DNA of 64,000 nt. Source: a virus (taxonomy: Duplodnaviria; Caudoviricetes). Each line of letters opens with the position of its first letter. Position 1 is the first letter of the stretch. A program made the position numbers and the translations under genes. The notes under the pieces are model-generated. The model was given only the letters and a program-made list of their open reading frames with translations, was not told where the DNA came from and did no database searches. Below, in pieces: positions 55,731-64,000 of this stretch. The DNA is taken from the IMG/VR virus record IMGVR_UViG_3300011008_000041, positions 1 to 64,000 of that record. One strand, given 5' to 3'.

Positions 55731-56865
55731 GAGCGTTCTCCTTCCGCGCCTGATCCGCGTAGTCGTTGAAGATGGTGGAGAACAGGATGCGGTACACCCT
55801 CAGCTTCGGATCACCGTACAGCACGCCCTCGTACATCTTCCGATATATGTCGTTGCCGGCGATGCCATAGCTTTTGATAAACAGTCGCCGCCACAGGTTG
55901 ATTTTTTTGCGGGTGTCGCTCGGAATTGTGTACCGTTCGGGGTGTAGGAAAAGAAGATCCTCGCACATGGCGCGGTAATCCTTCTGCGGCTCGCCGCTCT
56001 CCAACTCCCGCCGCTTCTCAGAGGTGCGCCGGAACATTTCACTGTCCCAGTACAGCAGCACAAGATAAGCGTTCGGCTCCCTTCGTTCGATCCTCTGCCA
56101 AAGGTCGTTGTCCGTCTCGGCGATCCACCGCAACCCCTGCGTAGACATATCCCCGAAGAAACAGCAAAGGCGTAGTTGGCGCTTTGAAACGCCTGCCTCA
56201 TATAACCTCATGTAGATTTCAGGGAACGCAAGCCCTCGCTCCTTGATGTAGAGCCAGACGTCATTGTCCTTCCAGTCGTAGATCGGATAAAAAGGACCGC
56301 CCGGACGAATGTGCTGCATATCCATCCGTGCGACCGCTTTCAGCCTCGTGAGGCTTTCCGCCGTCCGCAGGCCGATCATCTGAATGCCGTCGTCAAAAGC
56401 AATCCGGCAAAACGTCTGGTAGTTCATCTGACCAGGATATTTCAGCGTATCACTCTGCATGATGGCGAAAGGCGGCGGCTCGCGCATCCACACGTCCTCC
56501 TTGCCCGGTTCCCAGGTGATCCAGCTCTCGGACGCGGACAGATGGTTGATCACGCACACCTGTTTGAACGGTAGGCAGAACCAAAGAAACTCGGCTCCGA
56601 TGGACAGGAATTTCTTTCGCCAGCGCAGCGCCGCCTCGACCATCGAGGGGTACAGCCCTTCCTCGTCAATGAATATGACGGTCAGACGCTTCGGGTCGAT
56701 CTCCCCGACGACAGCCAGGTCATAGGTGAGGCTGGACAGCACAAGCGAATCCTTCCCTGCGGAAAAGCTCAGGTAGACCTTGCACCCATTGGAGAAAACG
56801 TTCCGGATCCGGATTTTCGCCGCGTCCAGAACGTTCATAGTGCTCTCAAGTTTTTTCACCGGCAT
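55723..56865 (-). CDS. PAPS-reductase/PP-loop family protein (IbrA-like)
   Basis: YLSFSAGKDS PP-loop; IGLRTAESLTR; YPIYDW; MRLYEAGV. Confidence 0.88.
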   Translation of the reverse strand: MPVKKLESTMNVLDAAKIRIRNVFSNGCKVYLSFSAGKDSLVLSSLTYDLAVVGEIDPKRLTVIFIDEEGLYPSMVEAALRWRKKFLSIGAEFLWFCLPFKQVCVINHLSASESWITWEPGKEDVWMREPPPFAIMQSDTLKYPGQMNYQTFCRIAFDDGIQMIGLRTAESLTRLKAVARMDMQHIRPGGPFYPIYDWKDNDVWLYIKERGLAFPEIYMRLYEAGVSKRQLRLCCFFGDMSTQGLRWIAETDNDLWQRIERREPNAYLVLLYWDSEMFRRTSEKRRELESGEPQKDYRAMCEDLLFLHPERYTIPSDTRKKINLWRRLFIKSYGIAGNDIYRKMYEGVLYGDPKLRVYRILFSTIFNDYADQARKENAHG

Positions 56866-56866
56866 A

Positions 56867-57517
56867 TCAGACGCCTCCCAATAAGATGCGTTCTCCGCAC
56901 CTCGGGCAAATGACATACCGTCCGGTCGGTTCGTCTTCCGGCCCGTTTCCGGCGTTTCCCTCGTGTTTTTCCCCGGTGATAGGGTTCGATATGGGTGCGG
57001 GTGGGGAATACGCAGGAACACCCGTTGCAACGCCCTCTGTATGGTTTTCGGGCGGTCTGGCCTGTATCCGTTCTACCTCATCCGGTTCAAACGAGCCGTA
57101 ACCACTGATATAGTCATCCACTTCCGTGAATGACATGGACAGCATTTCCAGCATGGAGGAGTCGTAACCAGGGATATCGAAATCCGTACCAAGATCCTTC
57201 AAGATATCCTCAAAGGCGTCCGTGTCAGTGATCCCCAGTTCGAACACTTTGTTGTCCGCCAGCATGAGCTTTTTCTTCTGCGCTTCCGTCAGCCCGGAGA
57301 CGACATAGCACTCTGCTGTATCTCGCCCCATTCGGACAAGGGCATCATACAGTCCGTTTCCCGCAATGATCTCCCCGGCCTCATCCACCACCAGCGGACG
57401 TATCTGACCGAACATTTCCAGCGAGCGGACGTACTCCTCCAACTGCTTGGCGGTGTGGAGGCGGACATTCTTCTCGGGCTTTCGCAGCTCCGAGAGCTTC
57501 TTCACCGTGATCTTCAT
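56867..57517 (-). CDS. ParB N-terminal-domain protein with C-terminal Zn ribbon
   Basis: FGQIRPLVVD..IIAGNG..LMLADNK; CPRCG. Confidence 0.85.
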   Translation of the reverse strand: MKITVKKLSELRKPEKNVRLHTAKQLEEYVRSLEMFGQIRPLVVDEAGEIIAGNGLYDALVRMGRDTAECYVVSGLTEAQKKKLMLADNKVFELGITDTDAFEDILKDLGTDFDIPGYDSSMLEMLSMSFTEVDDYISGYGSFEPDEVERIQARPPENHTEGVATGVPAYSPPAPISNPITGEKHEGNAGNGPEDEPTGRYVICPRCGERILLGGV

Positions 57518-58296
57518 GCGCCCACCTCCTGCAGGAAGTGACGCGCAGAGGGAATGTGCTTTGCCGCCTCGATGATGATTGAAGGATCGATGTCGTATAC
57601 TTCCCGATACCCCTGATCGAGCGTATCGCAATAATCCCGCTCCGGCCATGCGTGGGTGCCCTGGACATATCCGTCCTTCCACCCGTAAATCGGCGGGAGC
57701 GCCAGATCGTGGTAATGGATATAGCCAAGCAATGCCTCGTGCGGCCAATCGTACAAAGGATTGAACCGAACCTCACCGGATTTCTTGCGGATAAAACCTT
57801 CTGCTCCGCACACGTTCCCATCAATGACTCGATGTCCCAGAACCAGGATATCGAGGCCATTGCCGAAGAACATTTCTGTAAACGGACCCCTCTGGCTGAT
57901 CTGGTGCCAGCGCTGCCCGACGAGGCCAGTCGCAAAAATAAGCTCCTGGTGCTTGGCGAGCCATTCCAGGTCGTACCCTGTGTGCATCATCTTCACGCCA
58001 TCAGGCTTATTCGCATTCACCCAGCGGATGAATTCAGGATAATCCAGATCGCAGTATGCAAAATAGCCCTCGGAGACACCCTGCTTTTCGAGGATGTCCG
58101 CGAGGACTATACTATCTTTCCCGCCCGACCACGCATAAGCGGCTTTTTTTCCGGCGCACACCTTTCGGATACGCTCCGCTGCCTGCGCCGCGAATATCTC
58201 CACCTCTTCCGGGGAGATCAGCTCCTCTATGTGCTCCACAGCATCCAGCCAGTCGGCATTTGAGCTGGAATGCTTTCGGCCAAGAACCTTTTTCAT
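57514..58296 (-). CDS. second PAPS-reductase/PP-loop family protein
   Basis: YAWSGGKDS; VLGHRVIDGN; NPLYDW. Confidence 0.85.
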   Translation of the reverse strand: MKKVLGRKHSSSNADWLDAVEHIEELISPEEVEIFAAQAAERIRKVCAGKKAAYAWSGGKDSIVLADILEKQGVSEGYFAYCDLDYPEFIRWVNANKPDGVKMMHTGYDLEWLAKHQELIFATGLVGQRWHQISQRGPFTEMFFGNGLDILVLGHRVIDGNVCGAEGFIRKKSGEVRFNPLYDWPHEALLGYIHYHDLALPPIYGWKDGYVQGTHAWPERDYCDTLDQGYREVYDIDPSIIIEAAKHIPSARHFLQEVGA

Positions 58297-59291
58297 GCCG
58301 CCGCCCTCCGTTTCTCAACGAAGTGCCATATCAGCGCGGCAATAATGGCGCCGGCCACAAAGTATATGCGCACCGAGGCCATGAGCGTCCACATCCCCAT
58401 CACGCCCAGCGGGATGAGGAACTGCCATCCGAGGATCAGACCGCCGTTTACGGCGAGCCCAGCTTTTTTCCCAAACGCGATGTAGATCGAGTACATGGAG
58501 CTGGAGAGCGTCGATGTGCCGATGATGGTGATGAGGATGGCCTTGAGCGTGTTCAGAAAGGGAGTGAACTGCACCCAGGCCAGCAGGAAGGTGATGAGCA
58601 TATACACACCGAAGTACACGCCGCCCATCGTGAACGCTTCCTGCACATCGATCTTTTGCGTCCCGTCCTCGTTCCCGTCGTTATAGGACAGAATCTCGAA
58701 GAAGTACGGGTAGGTGAAAGGACCCGGCAGAAGTAAGATCGCTTTCCAGATGCCGGTTTTCAATGCGCCCTCTCCGGCGATGGCCGGGATGACTTTGAAG
58801 CTGTCCTGTGAGTGGATCGCCGCCGCCACGGTCACGCCGTAGGCGAGGATATACACGATAATCCAGCCGAAACCATCTGTCAGCACGTTCCGTATCATTC
58901 CCCGCTTGATCAGGATGACCAGGAACAGTACCGCCAGCGTGTAGGCGACAATGGTGCCGCCGAGGGAGCCGATGGGCGTGTCCGCAAACACCGACTGCAT
59001 ACCGTTCATGCTGAGCCACGCCTGGAACACGCACATGATGGCGCAGATCCATTTCATGATCCTGGTGTTGAATACCTCGCGCACCTTCGGGATCTTCATT
59101 GCCACCGCGCCGAACAGGATACAGGCGAGCACATTGCCCAGCACCCAAATCGCGGAGGGCACAAAGCCGTAGGTCTGCGTCATGGTGACGCCGTTCATCA
59201 GCGAGCCGATGCCGGCCCACGTCGCACAGATGGAGAGCGCGTAATAGATCTTCGGGTCTTCCCGGAATCTCGTTTTAATCTTTGAAAACAC
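58293..59291 (-). CDS. polytopic membrane transporter (sodium:solute-symporter-like)
   Basis: About 10 hydrophobic segments; SICATWAGIGSL..YG..W N-terminal pattern. Confidence 0.7.
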   Translation of the reverse strand: MFSKIKTRFREDPKIYYALSICATWAGIGSLMNGVTMTQTYGFVPSAIWVLGNVLACILFGAVAMKIPKVREVFNTRIMKWICAIMCVFQAWLSMNGMQSVFADTPIGSLGGTIVAYTLAVLFLVILIKRGMIRNVLTDGFGWIIVYILAYGVTVAAAIHSQDSFKVIPAIAGEGALKTGIWKAILLLPGPFTYPYFFEILSYNDGNEDGTQKIDVQEAFTMGGVYFGVYMLITFLLAWVQFTPFLNTLKAILITIIGTSTLSSSMYSIYIAFGKKAGLAVNGGLILGWQFLIPLGVMGMWTLMASVRIYFVAGAIIAALIWHFVEKRRAAA

Positions 59292-59489
59292 TTTTGTTTT
59301 CCTCCTTTATATGCTGGCCCATGACCGTCGTTGCGGCGAACATCGTCGGTATAGGTCGCTGATAAAACGGGTCTGCCAAGGAGTAAAACAGGCCCGGAAT
59401 CCTCCTTTCTTCGGATATGCAAAACTCCCGATCTTCATAGGCCTCAGCCTCAAAGATCGGGAGTTCCGGCGTCTGATTAAAATTTTACA

Positions 59490-59545
59490 TCTGCGATTGT
59501 ATCACGGACGTATTGACATAGCAATGAAAGGTTTTTGACATCAGC
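59490..59545 (-). promoter_or_regulatory. putative late promoter
   Basis: TGTCA x2 and TGATACAAT (-10) right after the activator gene. Confidence 0.5.
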
Positions 59546-60098
59546 CTTTCTTGATCCCATCAATGCCGAAGATCAGCGCCGCAATCCGCTCACATGCGAT
59601 ATCCACGTCCCGGTAAATGGTCCGTTCTGTCACAAAGTGATCATTGGCGAGCTGCCGGACGGTGGCCGCAGGTTCGTCCATATACAGTCCCTTGATGACT
59701 TCCCACCGCCGCGATTCTTCCGGGTTGCCGCAGTTGAAACAGTATGCCTCGTACAGATGTAGCATCGTTTCCACATGGGTCACAATCGTCACCGTCCGGG
59801 CTACGGACTGTTTGATACTCTCGACAAATACCTCGCTGTCCTGCCAGCGGTCCGACATGAGATCAATGATATCATAGGCATCCTCGTCGATTTGTTCGGC
59901 GTCGTATACGGCGTTTTCTGCATGAGCCTTGAACATCCGGTAATTGCGGAGGAGGAGCTTTGTATTCCTCAGTCGGCGGTCAACTCTCTCGGTTTTTGTC
60001 CTGGTCATTTCAGCGTCAAAAGTCTTGAGGGCCGTCTTCGCGGCAACCTCAGCCGCCAACTTGATAATGTGATCCTTGTCTTCGCGTTTGTTGCTCAT
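59541..60098 (-). CDS. ArpU/RinA-like late transcriptional activator
   Basis: TKLLLRNY..VIKGLYM..VTERTIYRD HTH; position before the packaging operon. Confidence 0.8.
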   Translation of the reverse strand: MSNKREDKDHIIKLAAEVAAKTALKTFDAEMTRTKTERVDRRLRNTKLLLRNYRMFKAHAENAVYDAEQIDEDAYDIIDLMSDRWQDSEVFVESIKQSVARTVTIVTHVETMLHLYEAYCFNCGNPEESRRWEVIKGLYMDEPAATVRQLANDHFVTERTIYRDVDIACERIAALIFGIDGIKKG

Positions 60099-60312
60099 TT
60101 TCTCCTCCTTCCTCCGCATCAAAGAAATAGCACTCCTTGACGCCGCAATCAAATGTCACCTGATACCATCTGTGGGATGGATGTATGTATGTTACCGTGC
60201 CGTTCTGCAACGGTCGTAACTCGATAAAGCCTTTGGCTTTCTTTTCAGCGAGTCCGGAACCAAAGGTTTCCGGGATCATCCGAACTCGATCACCCAGCCG
60301 AATCTCCGCCAT
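60049..60312 (-). CDS. hypothetical protein
   Basis: GTVTYIHPSHRWYQVTF. Confidence 0.6.
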   Translation of the reverse strand: MAEIRLGDRVRMIPETFGSGLAEKKAKGFIELRPLQNGTVTYIHPSHRWYQVTFDCGVKECYFFDAEEGGENEQQTRRQGSHYQVGG

Positions 60313-60640
60313 TCTCCACCATCACTTTCAGACAAGTGGTTTCCTCGGCGATAGCCAGCTCGACATCAGAAGCGTTCCCGAACATGATCTCCATCTGCCG
60401 AAGCATGATATAGACCTTGGCCATTTTCTTTGTGATGTGTTCACGGTCCCCGTGCCCTCGGAGTTGCTTTGCTAGTTCTTTCGTTAGCTCAGACATTTCC
60501 TCCATGGAAACGACAATCTGATTAGCCTGTCCAAAGCAAGTGAGCGCCGCGCAATATACACGGTCAGATGCATCCATTTCCCGACTGGCAAGAAGGCCCT
60601 CGGCGTACCCCCGCTGATAGTCCTTGGTTTCCGCTTCCAT
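60290..60640 (-). CDS. MazG-like protein with degenerate second acidic motif
   Basis: EEMSELTKEL intact; HITKKMAKV where HIxEEIADV is expected. Confidence 0.65.
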   Translation of the reverse strand: MEAETKDYQRGYAEGLLASREMDASDRVYCAALTCFGQANQIVVSMEEMSELTKELAKQLRGHGDREHITKKMAKVYIMLRQMEIMFGNASDVELAIAEETTCLKVMVENGGDSAG

Positions 60641-60643
60641 GGA

Positions 60644-60856
60644 TCAGCCCTCCTGGTGTTTGGCGATTTCCTTGACCGCACCGCTCTGCTGAGGGGTCTT
60701 TCGATGGAGAAACGCCGCCATACGGCCAAAGATGTTCATGTTATGGTTATCGTAGGCCGTTCGATAGAACGCCTGGCGGCTGGACGCCTTGAACGCCGCA
60801 CCCTTGATCTGCTCCGAATAGCGGGAACGCTTCTTGTGGTTCATTTTGCTGCTCAT
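60644..60856 (-). CDS. small basic protein
   Basis: Coupled ORF. Confidence 0.55.
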   Translation of the reverse strand: MSSKMNHKKRSRYSEQIKGAAFKASSRQAFYRTAYDNHNMNIFGRMAAFLHRKTPQQSGAVKEIAKHQEG

Positions 60857-61134
60857 GATATATCCTCCGTTTCGAGATAGTTTTTTCCGAATTGGTAAAT
60901 GAAATCGTCAACGCTCCAACCATGCTCTTTCATGAGCTGACGTTGGAACGTAGCTTTGAGCCAGTCGTCGGCCTCTTGGTCGAAATGGACGCCACCAGGC
61001 GGCTCGTTGTGGCAATAGTGGCAGAGATTTACAACAGCACCGTATTTCTCCGACTTCTTCCGAAGCGCCCCGTTGAAAACGTGATGCCGTTCGAGCTCGG
61101 CGTACTTTCCGCATATATAGCACTCGCCGGTCAT
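60853..61134 (-). CDS. HNH-like zinc-binding protein
   Basis: CYICG..ERHHVF..LCHYCH. Confidence 0.75.
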   Translation of the reverse strand: MTGECYICGKYAELERHHVFNGALRKKSEKYGAVVNLCHYCHNEPPGGVHFDQEADDWLKATFQRQLMKEHGWSVDDFIYQFGKNYLETEDIS

Positions 61135-61433
61135 TGACTGTCTGCCTCACCAGTCGAATTTCTCAGACCAAGGAATTTTCGCCGGCGCTTCTCACGAGAG
61201 ACTACGTTGCCGTCCTTGTCCTTGACTTCGTGTATGTACTCCTCCAGCGGGATCTTCTTCCGGCGCTCCGCCTCGACCGTATTCCATCCGCAGTGCTCGC
61301 ATCCGCCTGTGCCGGATACGCACGACGGGTTCAGGCACATTACACCACCTTCGCGCTTGACCTGGGTGTGAGTGCCCTTGTGATACTCCCTGTAATTCTT
61401 AGTCTTGGGTTCTTCCATTTCATCCTCCATCAA
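61131..61433 (-). CDS. hypothetical protein
   Basis: Coupled ORF, Cys cluster. Confidence 0.55.
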   Translation of the reverse strand: MMEDEMEEPKTKNYREYHKGTHTQVKREGGVMCLNPSCVSGTGGCEHCGWNTVEAERRKKIPLEEYIHEVKDKDGNVVSREKRRRKFLGLRNSTGEADSQ

Positions 61434-61642
61434 TGAGTAATTACGCCACCGATCGGCGTCGGGCGCTGAATGGGTGAATGAGGCTCATCATCAATTTCGA
61501 TTTCCTCGAAGATCTCATTATCGGCATACAAGCCCACGGTTCTTTTGTGGTGCTTTTTCTTCCTGCCGTATTCCGTCCCGCAGTATTCGCAGACGCAACC
61601 CGTCAGCGGGGCCCCGCAGTTCACGCAGTTGGTTGTGGTCAT
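61430..61642 (-). CDS. zinc-ribbon protein
   Basis: CVNCGAPL..CEYCG. Confidence 0.65.
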   Translation of the reverse strand: MTTTNCVNCGAPLTGCVCEYCGTEYGRKKKHHKRTVGLYADNEIFEEIEIDDEPHSPIQRPTPIGGVITH

Positions 61643-61944
61643 ATCATCACCTTCCCTGTGATCTGGATGAACTCGCGGCGAGAGTAGGGAATGCCACGGC
61701 CACCCTTATGGTTGATATGCCTCGTGATATTCTCGATAGTGTCGTGCGTCATAAGGTCCACGGCCTTTACCGTGTCCCGGTCGCAGCAGTCGTTCCAGAG
61801 CATATAGAGCTTGTCCCCGGTGATACCGTTATCCTGCATTCTCCGGAACGCTGGTTCGGCCCTGCTCGGGGTACACACCGTGTATGCTCCGATCATGAAG
61901 CTGATTGCTCCAGGGTTGCCCTCGCAGATAGTCAGACTTACCAT
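61639..61944 (-). CDS. conserved hypothetical protein
   Basis: CEGNPGA..ITGDKLYMLWNDCC. Confidence 0.65.
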   Translation of the reverse strand: MVSLTICEGNPGAISFMIGAYTVCTPSRAEPAFRRMQDNGITGDKLYMLWNDCCDRDTVKAVDLMTHDTIENITRHINHKGGRGIPYSRREFIQITGKVMI

Positions 61945-62539
61945 CCTTGATCCTCCTTTCGATCTCTTCCGTGAGCTTCTTCCAGAAGGTAGCCCACTGC
62001 TTTCTGTCGCATTCGTCGCCCCAGTACTCAAACGACCCGATCCGCTCGGCCCGTTCAAGCTCGCTCTCGATGTCCTGCCACATGATACCCAGGCACCAGT
62101 CGGAGAGACGGGGCAGGAGCCCGCCGATGTATGAGCAGGTATCGCTCACGATGTACGTTCGCCGCCCGAAGGCATACCGCTCAGCGCTGATGATCATCTG
62201 CTCCAGCTTCTCGCACAGCGGGACGGCGCCTTTCAACTTCTCCATCGCAGCATCGCGCTCTTGTGCTGCTTTGGAATAAAGCGCCTGGTAGTTCTGCGCC
62301 TGCTCTTTGATATCGCCGCAGGTGACACAGACCCCCGCATCAAGAGGATCTTCTGCTTTGAGAACGTAGCCCCGAACCTCCATCGCCCGAATGATCTCGC
62401 CGATACTCTGCTTCCCGAGGTTCCTGATCCTGCGAAGATCGTCTTCCGTCCTCTCGCTCAACTGCTCTATGGTATCTATGCCGACACGCTTGAGGCAGTT
62501 ATAGGACCGGACGGACAGGTCCATTTCCTCTATTTTCAT
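61829..62539 (-). CDS. protein with N-terminal RNA polymerase alpha-CTD-like domain
   Basis: IEEMDLSVRSYNCLKRVGIDTIEQL..IRNLGKQSIGEI. Confidence 0.8.
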   Translation of the reverse strand: MKIEEMDLSVRSYNCLKRVGIDTIEQLSERTEDDLRRIRNLGKQSIGEIIRAMEVRGYVLKAEDPLDAGVCVTCGDIKEQAQNYQALYSKAAQERDAAMEKLKGAVPLCEKLEQMIISAERYAFGRRTYIVSDTCSYIGGLLPRLSDWCLGIMWQDIESELERAERIGSFEYWGDECDRKQWATFWKKLTEEIERRIKDGKSDYLRGQPWSNQLHDRSIHGVYPEQGRTSVPENAG

Positions 62540-62796
62540 TTGCTTCTCCTTCTCAGATCCCGCCCGCACTCCGGGCAGAAATTCAGTTTGTAGCCGATGC
62601 CGCGGTAACGGTAGTCGGTTATTCGCGTTGCATGCCTTTTACCGCGGTCCTTGTTCCATGTTCGGATCACAATGGCAACCGTGTATTCGTGCTTAATGCC
62701 TTTATCCGACTCGTCGCCGTGATCACGCAGGAAATCGTTGATATTCTTGTGCGATTTCAGCTCCCGGCAGAACACACATTCGTTCTCGCCCGTCAT
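62536..62796 (-). CDS. zinc-binding hypothetical protein
   Basis: CVFC..LNFCPECGRDL. Confidence 0.65.
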   Translation of the reverse strand: MTGENECVFCRELKSHKNINDFLRDHGDESDKGIKHEYTVAIVIRTWNKDRGKRHATRITDYRYRGIGYKLNFCPECGRDLRRRSK

Positions 62797-63038
62797 CCAG
62801 AGATCAGCACCGCGTCTGTGCTGTGGACCAGATATGTAACGCCGTCGATGGTGATCTGGAGCTGATCTCCATCCTCGAAATCCCGCCAGCTTTCGACCGT
62901 CCCCTCGACAGTCTCATCGTTGGGGAGCAGGATGATCGCGCGGTCAAACTTGTACTTCAGATCGATCATCTGCCGGTTGCAGGCGCAGAGCGCCGCCAGC
63001 ATGAACAGGGTAATGAGAATTGTAATTACTTTTTTCAT
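62793..63038 (-). CDS. small phage lipoprotein
   Basis: Lipobox LCAC; NRQMIDLKYKFDRAII. Confidence 0.75.
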   Translation of the reverse strand: MKKVITILITLFMLAALCACNRQMIDLKYKFDRAIILLPNDETVEGTVESWRDFEDGDQLQITIDGVTYLVHSTDAVLISG

Positions 63039-63226
63039 TTGAATTTCCTTTCTTTGTTTGCGCCCGGTTTATACGGGCAGTAAGTTGGAGGCGTCATGAT
63101 GATCGTTCCGTCAGCTTTGCACTGGTCTATGAACTCGCCGGCGCTGTACTGCACCCCTCGCAGCGGGCAGTTCTCGCACAAGCATGGGCGAGGCCAGTCA
63201 TGCGCTTTGGGCTTATGACGTTTCAT
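63035..63226 (-). CDS. small Cys-rich protein
   Basis: Coupled ORF. Confidence 0.5.
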   Translation of the reverse strand: MKRHKPKAHDWPRPCLCENCPLRGVQYSAGEFIDQCKADGTIIMTPPTYCPYKPGANKERKFK

Positions 63227-63582
63227 AGATCGACCGCTCCTTCCTTCGGTTTCACCAGGCGGATTATCCCCCGGTATTCTGTTGCTCCCTCATATAGACA
63301 AGGCTCACTCCAAAGTTCCATAAACTCAGGAGAAGAAATGAGATCGACCATCTCGCGCCCAAGCATTTTCCGCAAGTCTTCCTCGCTTCTCGGCCACCGC
63401 TCCTGCACATATCGATCAATCTTTAAGGCTGACTGGACTTTTACCACATCGGTAGGAAACACGATCTGATTGACCATCGTGACAGGGCAGGGTATCCATT
63501 CAAAGACTGTCCCGCAATACTCACATTTCGGGGAGTAACCAATGGGAGCTCCGCAGTTCGGGCAGTTGTATCTTCTTTTCAT
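63223..63582 (-). CDS. zinc-ribbon protein
   Basis: CPNCGAPI..CEYCG. Confidence 0.65.
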   Translation of the reverse strand: MKRRYNCPNCGAPIGYSPKCEYCGTVFEWIPCPVTMVNQIVFPTDVVKVQSALKIDRYVQERWPRSEEDLRKMLGREMVDLISSPEFMELWSEPCLYEGATEYRGIIRLVKPKEGAVDL

Positions 63583-63920
63583 ATGACCCCCTCCTCAACC
63601 GCAGCAGAGAATCCATCTGCAAAGCCCTGCGCCCATCTTTGGCCCCTCATGTCAGCGCCACAATCTGGGCAAAAATCTGAATTAGAATTACCATTCCCGG
63701 TTTTGTCTCCACACTCGGAGCATTTGTAGACATGCGGATGCAGTCTAATCCAGTAACCGGTTTTTCGTTCGCTCACATCAGCGGCAGGCTCTGTTTCCAG
63801 AGCCATCAAAAACTGCCCCTTGGCATAGTTGAATAGTGGATGGCACTGATCTCCTTTTGTGAATGGAGGAATTCTATCTATCCTTTCACGGAATTTTTCG
63901 CAGTCTATGTATTTACGCAT
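63579..63920 (-). CDS. zinc-ribbon hypothetical protein
   Basis: YKCSECG..FCPDCGADM. Confidence 0.65.
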   Translation of the reverse strand: MRKYIDCEKFRERIDRIPPFTKGDQCHPLFNYAKGQFLMALETEPAADVSERKTGYWIRLHPHVYKCSECGDKTGNGNSNSDFCPDCGADMRGQRWAQGFADGFSAAVEEGVI

Positions 63921-64000
63921 CCCACATCCCCCCATCTTTGAGAATAATCACATTCTTTATTGCATTGAATGGCACCCCACACCAAGGACAGAAATTGTAT

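Noticed and set aside
55723-58296. Sulfate-assimilation CysH auxiliary metabolic genes
   Set aside because: No other cys genes; pairing with ParB/Srx proteins fits IbrA/IbrB- or DndC-like contexts better.
1-64000. tRNA/rRNA genes, IS elements, second DGR target
   Set aside because: None recognised by eye; no second copy of the TR core noticed. tRNAscan or a self-alignment would be needed to exclude them.

Overview
Near-complete, circularly permuted genome of a GC-rich temperate siphovirus, probably infecting a Clostridia-type Firmicute (inferred from gene content and RBS style). No host genes flank the integrase and a candidate intact attP sits inside it, so this looks like the excised or virion form. 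Layout: replication/recombination module (1-14.2 kb, minus), lysogeny switch and large serine recombinase (17.5-21.4 kb), a plus-strand cluster of small early genes (22.2-25.9 kb), lysis, tail, HK97-type head and cos/HNH packaging (26-55 kb, minus), a PAPS-reductase/ParB/transporter operon (55-59 kb) and late-regulator/accessory genes (59.5-64 kb). Top signal (14.2-16.5 kb): a stand-alone Cas7/RAMP-like gene followed by a 1.14-kb non-coding array of about 21 units. Each unit has 8-13 GGY-NN pentamers and units are separated by a 4-nt phase slip. Read as codon positions 1-2 (NNx), the variable dinucleotides spell conserved phage motifs: PolA motif A (F/L-I-V-A-D-F-S-A-I-E-A), a DUF2815 SSB motif (V-V-N-P-T-K-V-I-T-G), an SNF2 helicase motif (G-I-T-L-T-A-A-G-T-x-V-F) and the RAMP gene's own C-terminal loop (9/12 dinucleotides match). 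This points to an RNA-guided anti-competitor system using a gapped code; it resembles the VIPR architecture I recall from recent literature and cannot verify here. Second: a diversity-generating retroelement on a 2141-aa tail fibre, with a non-canonical RT active site (NMDD) and no recognisable Avd.
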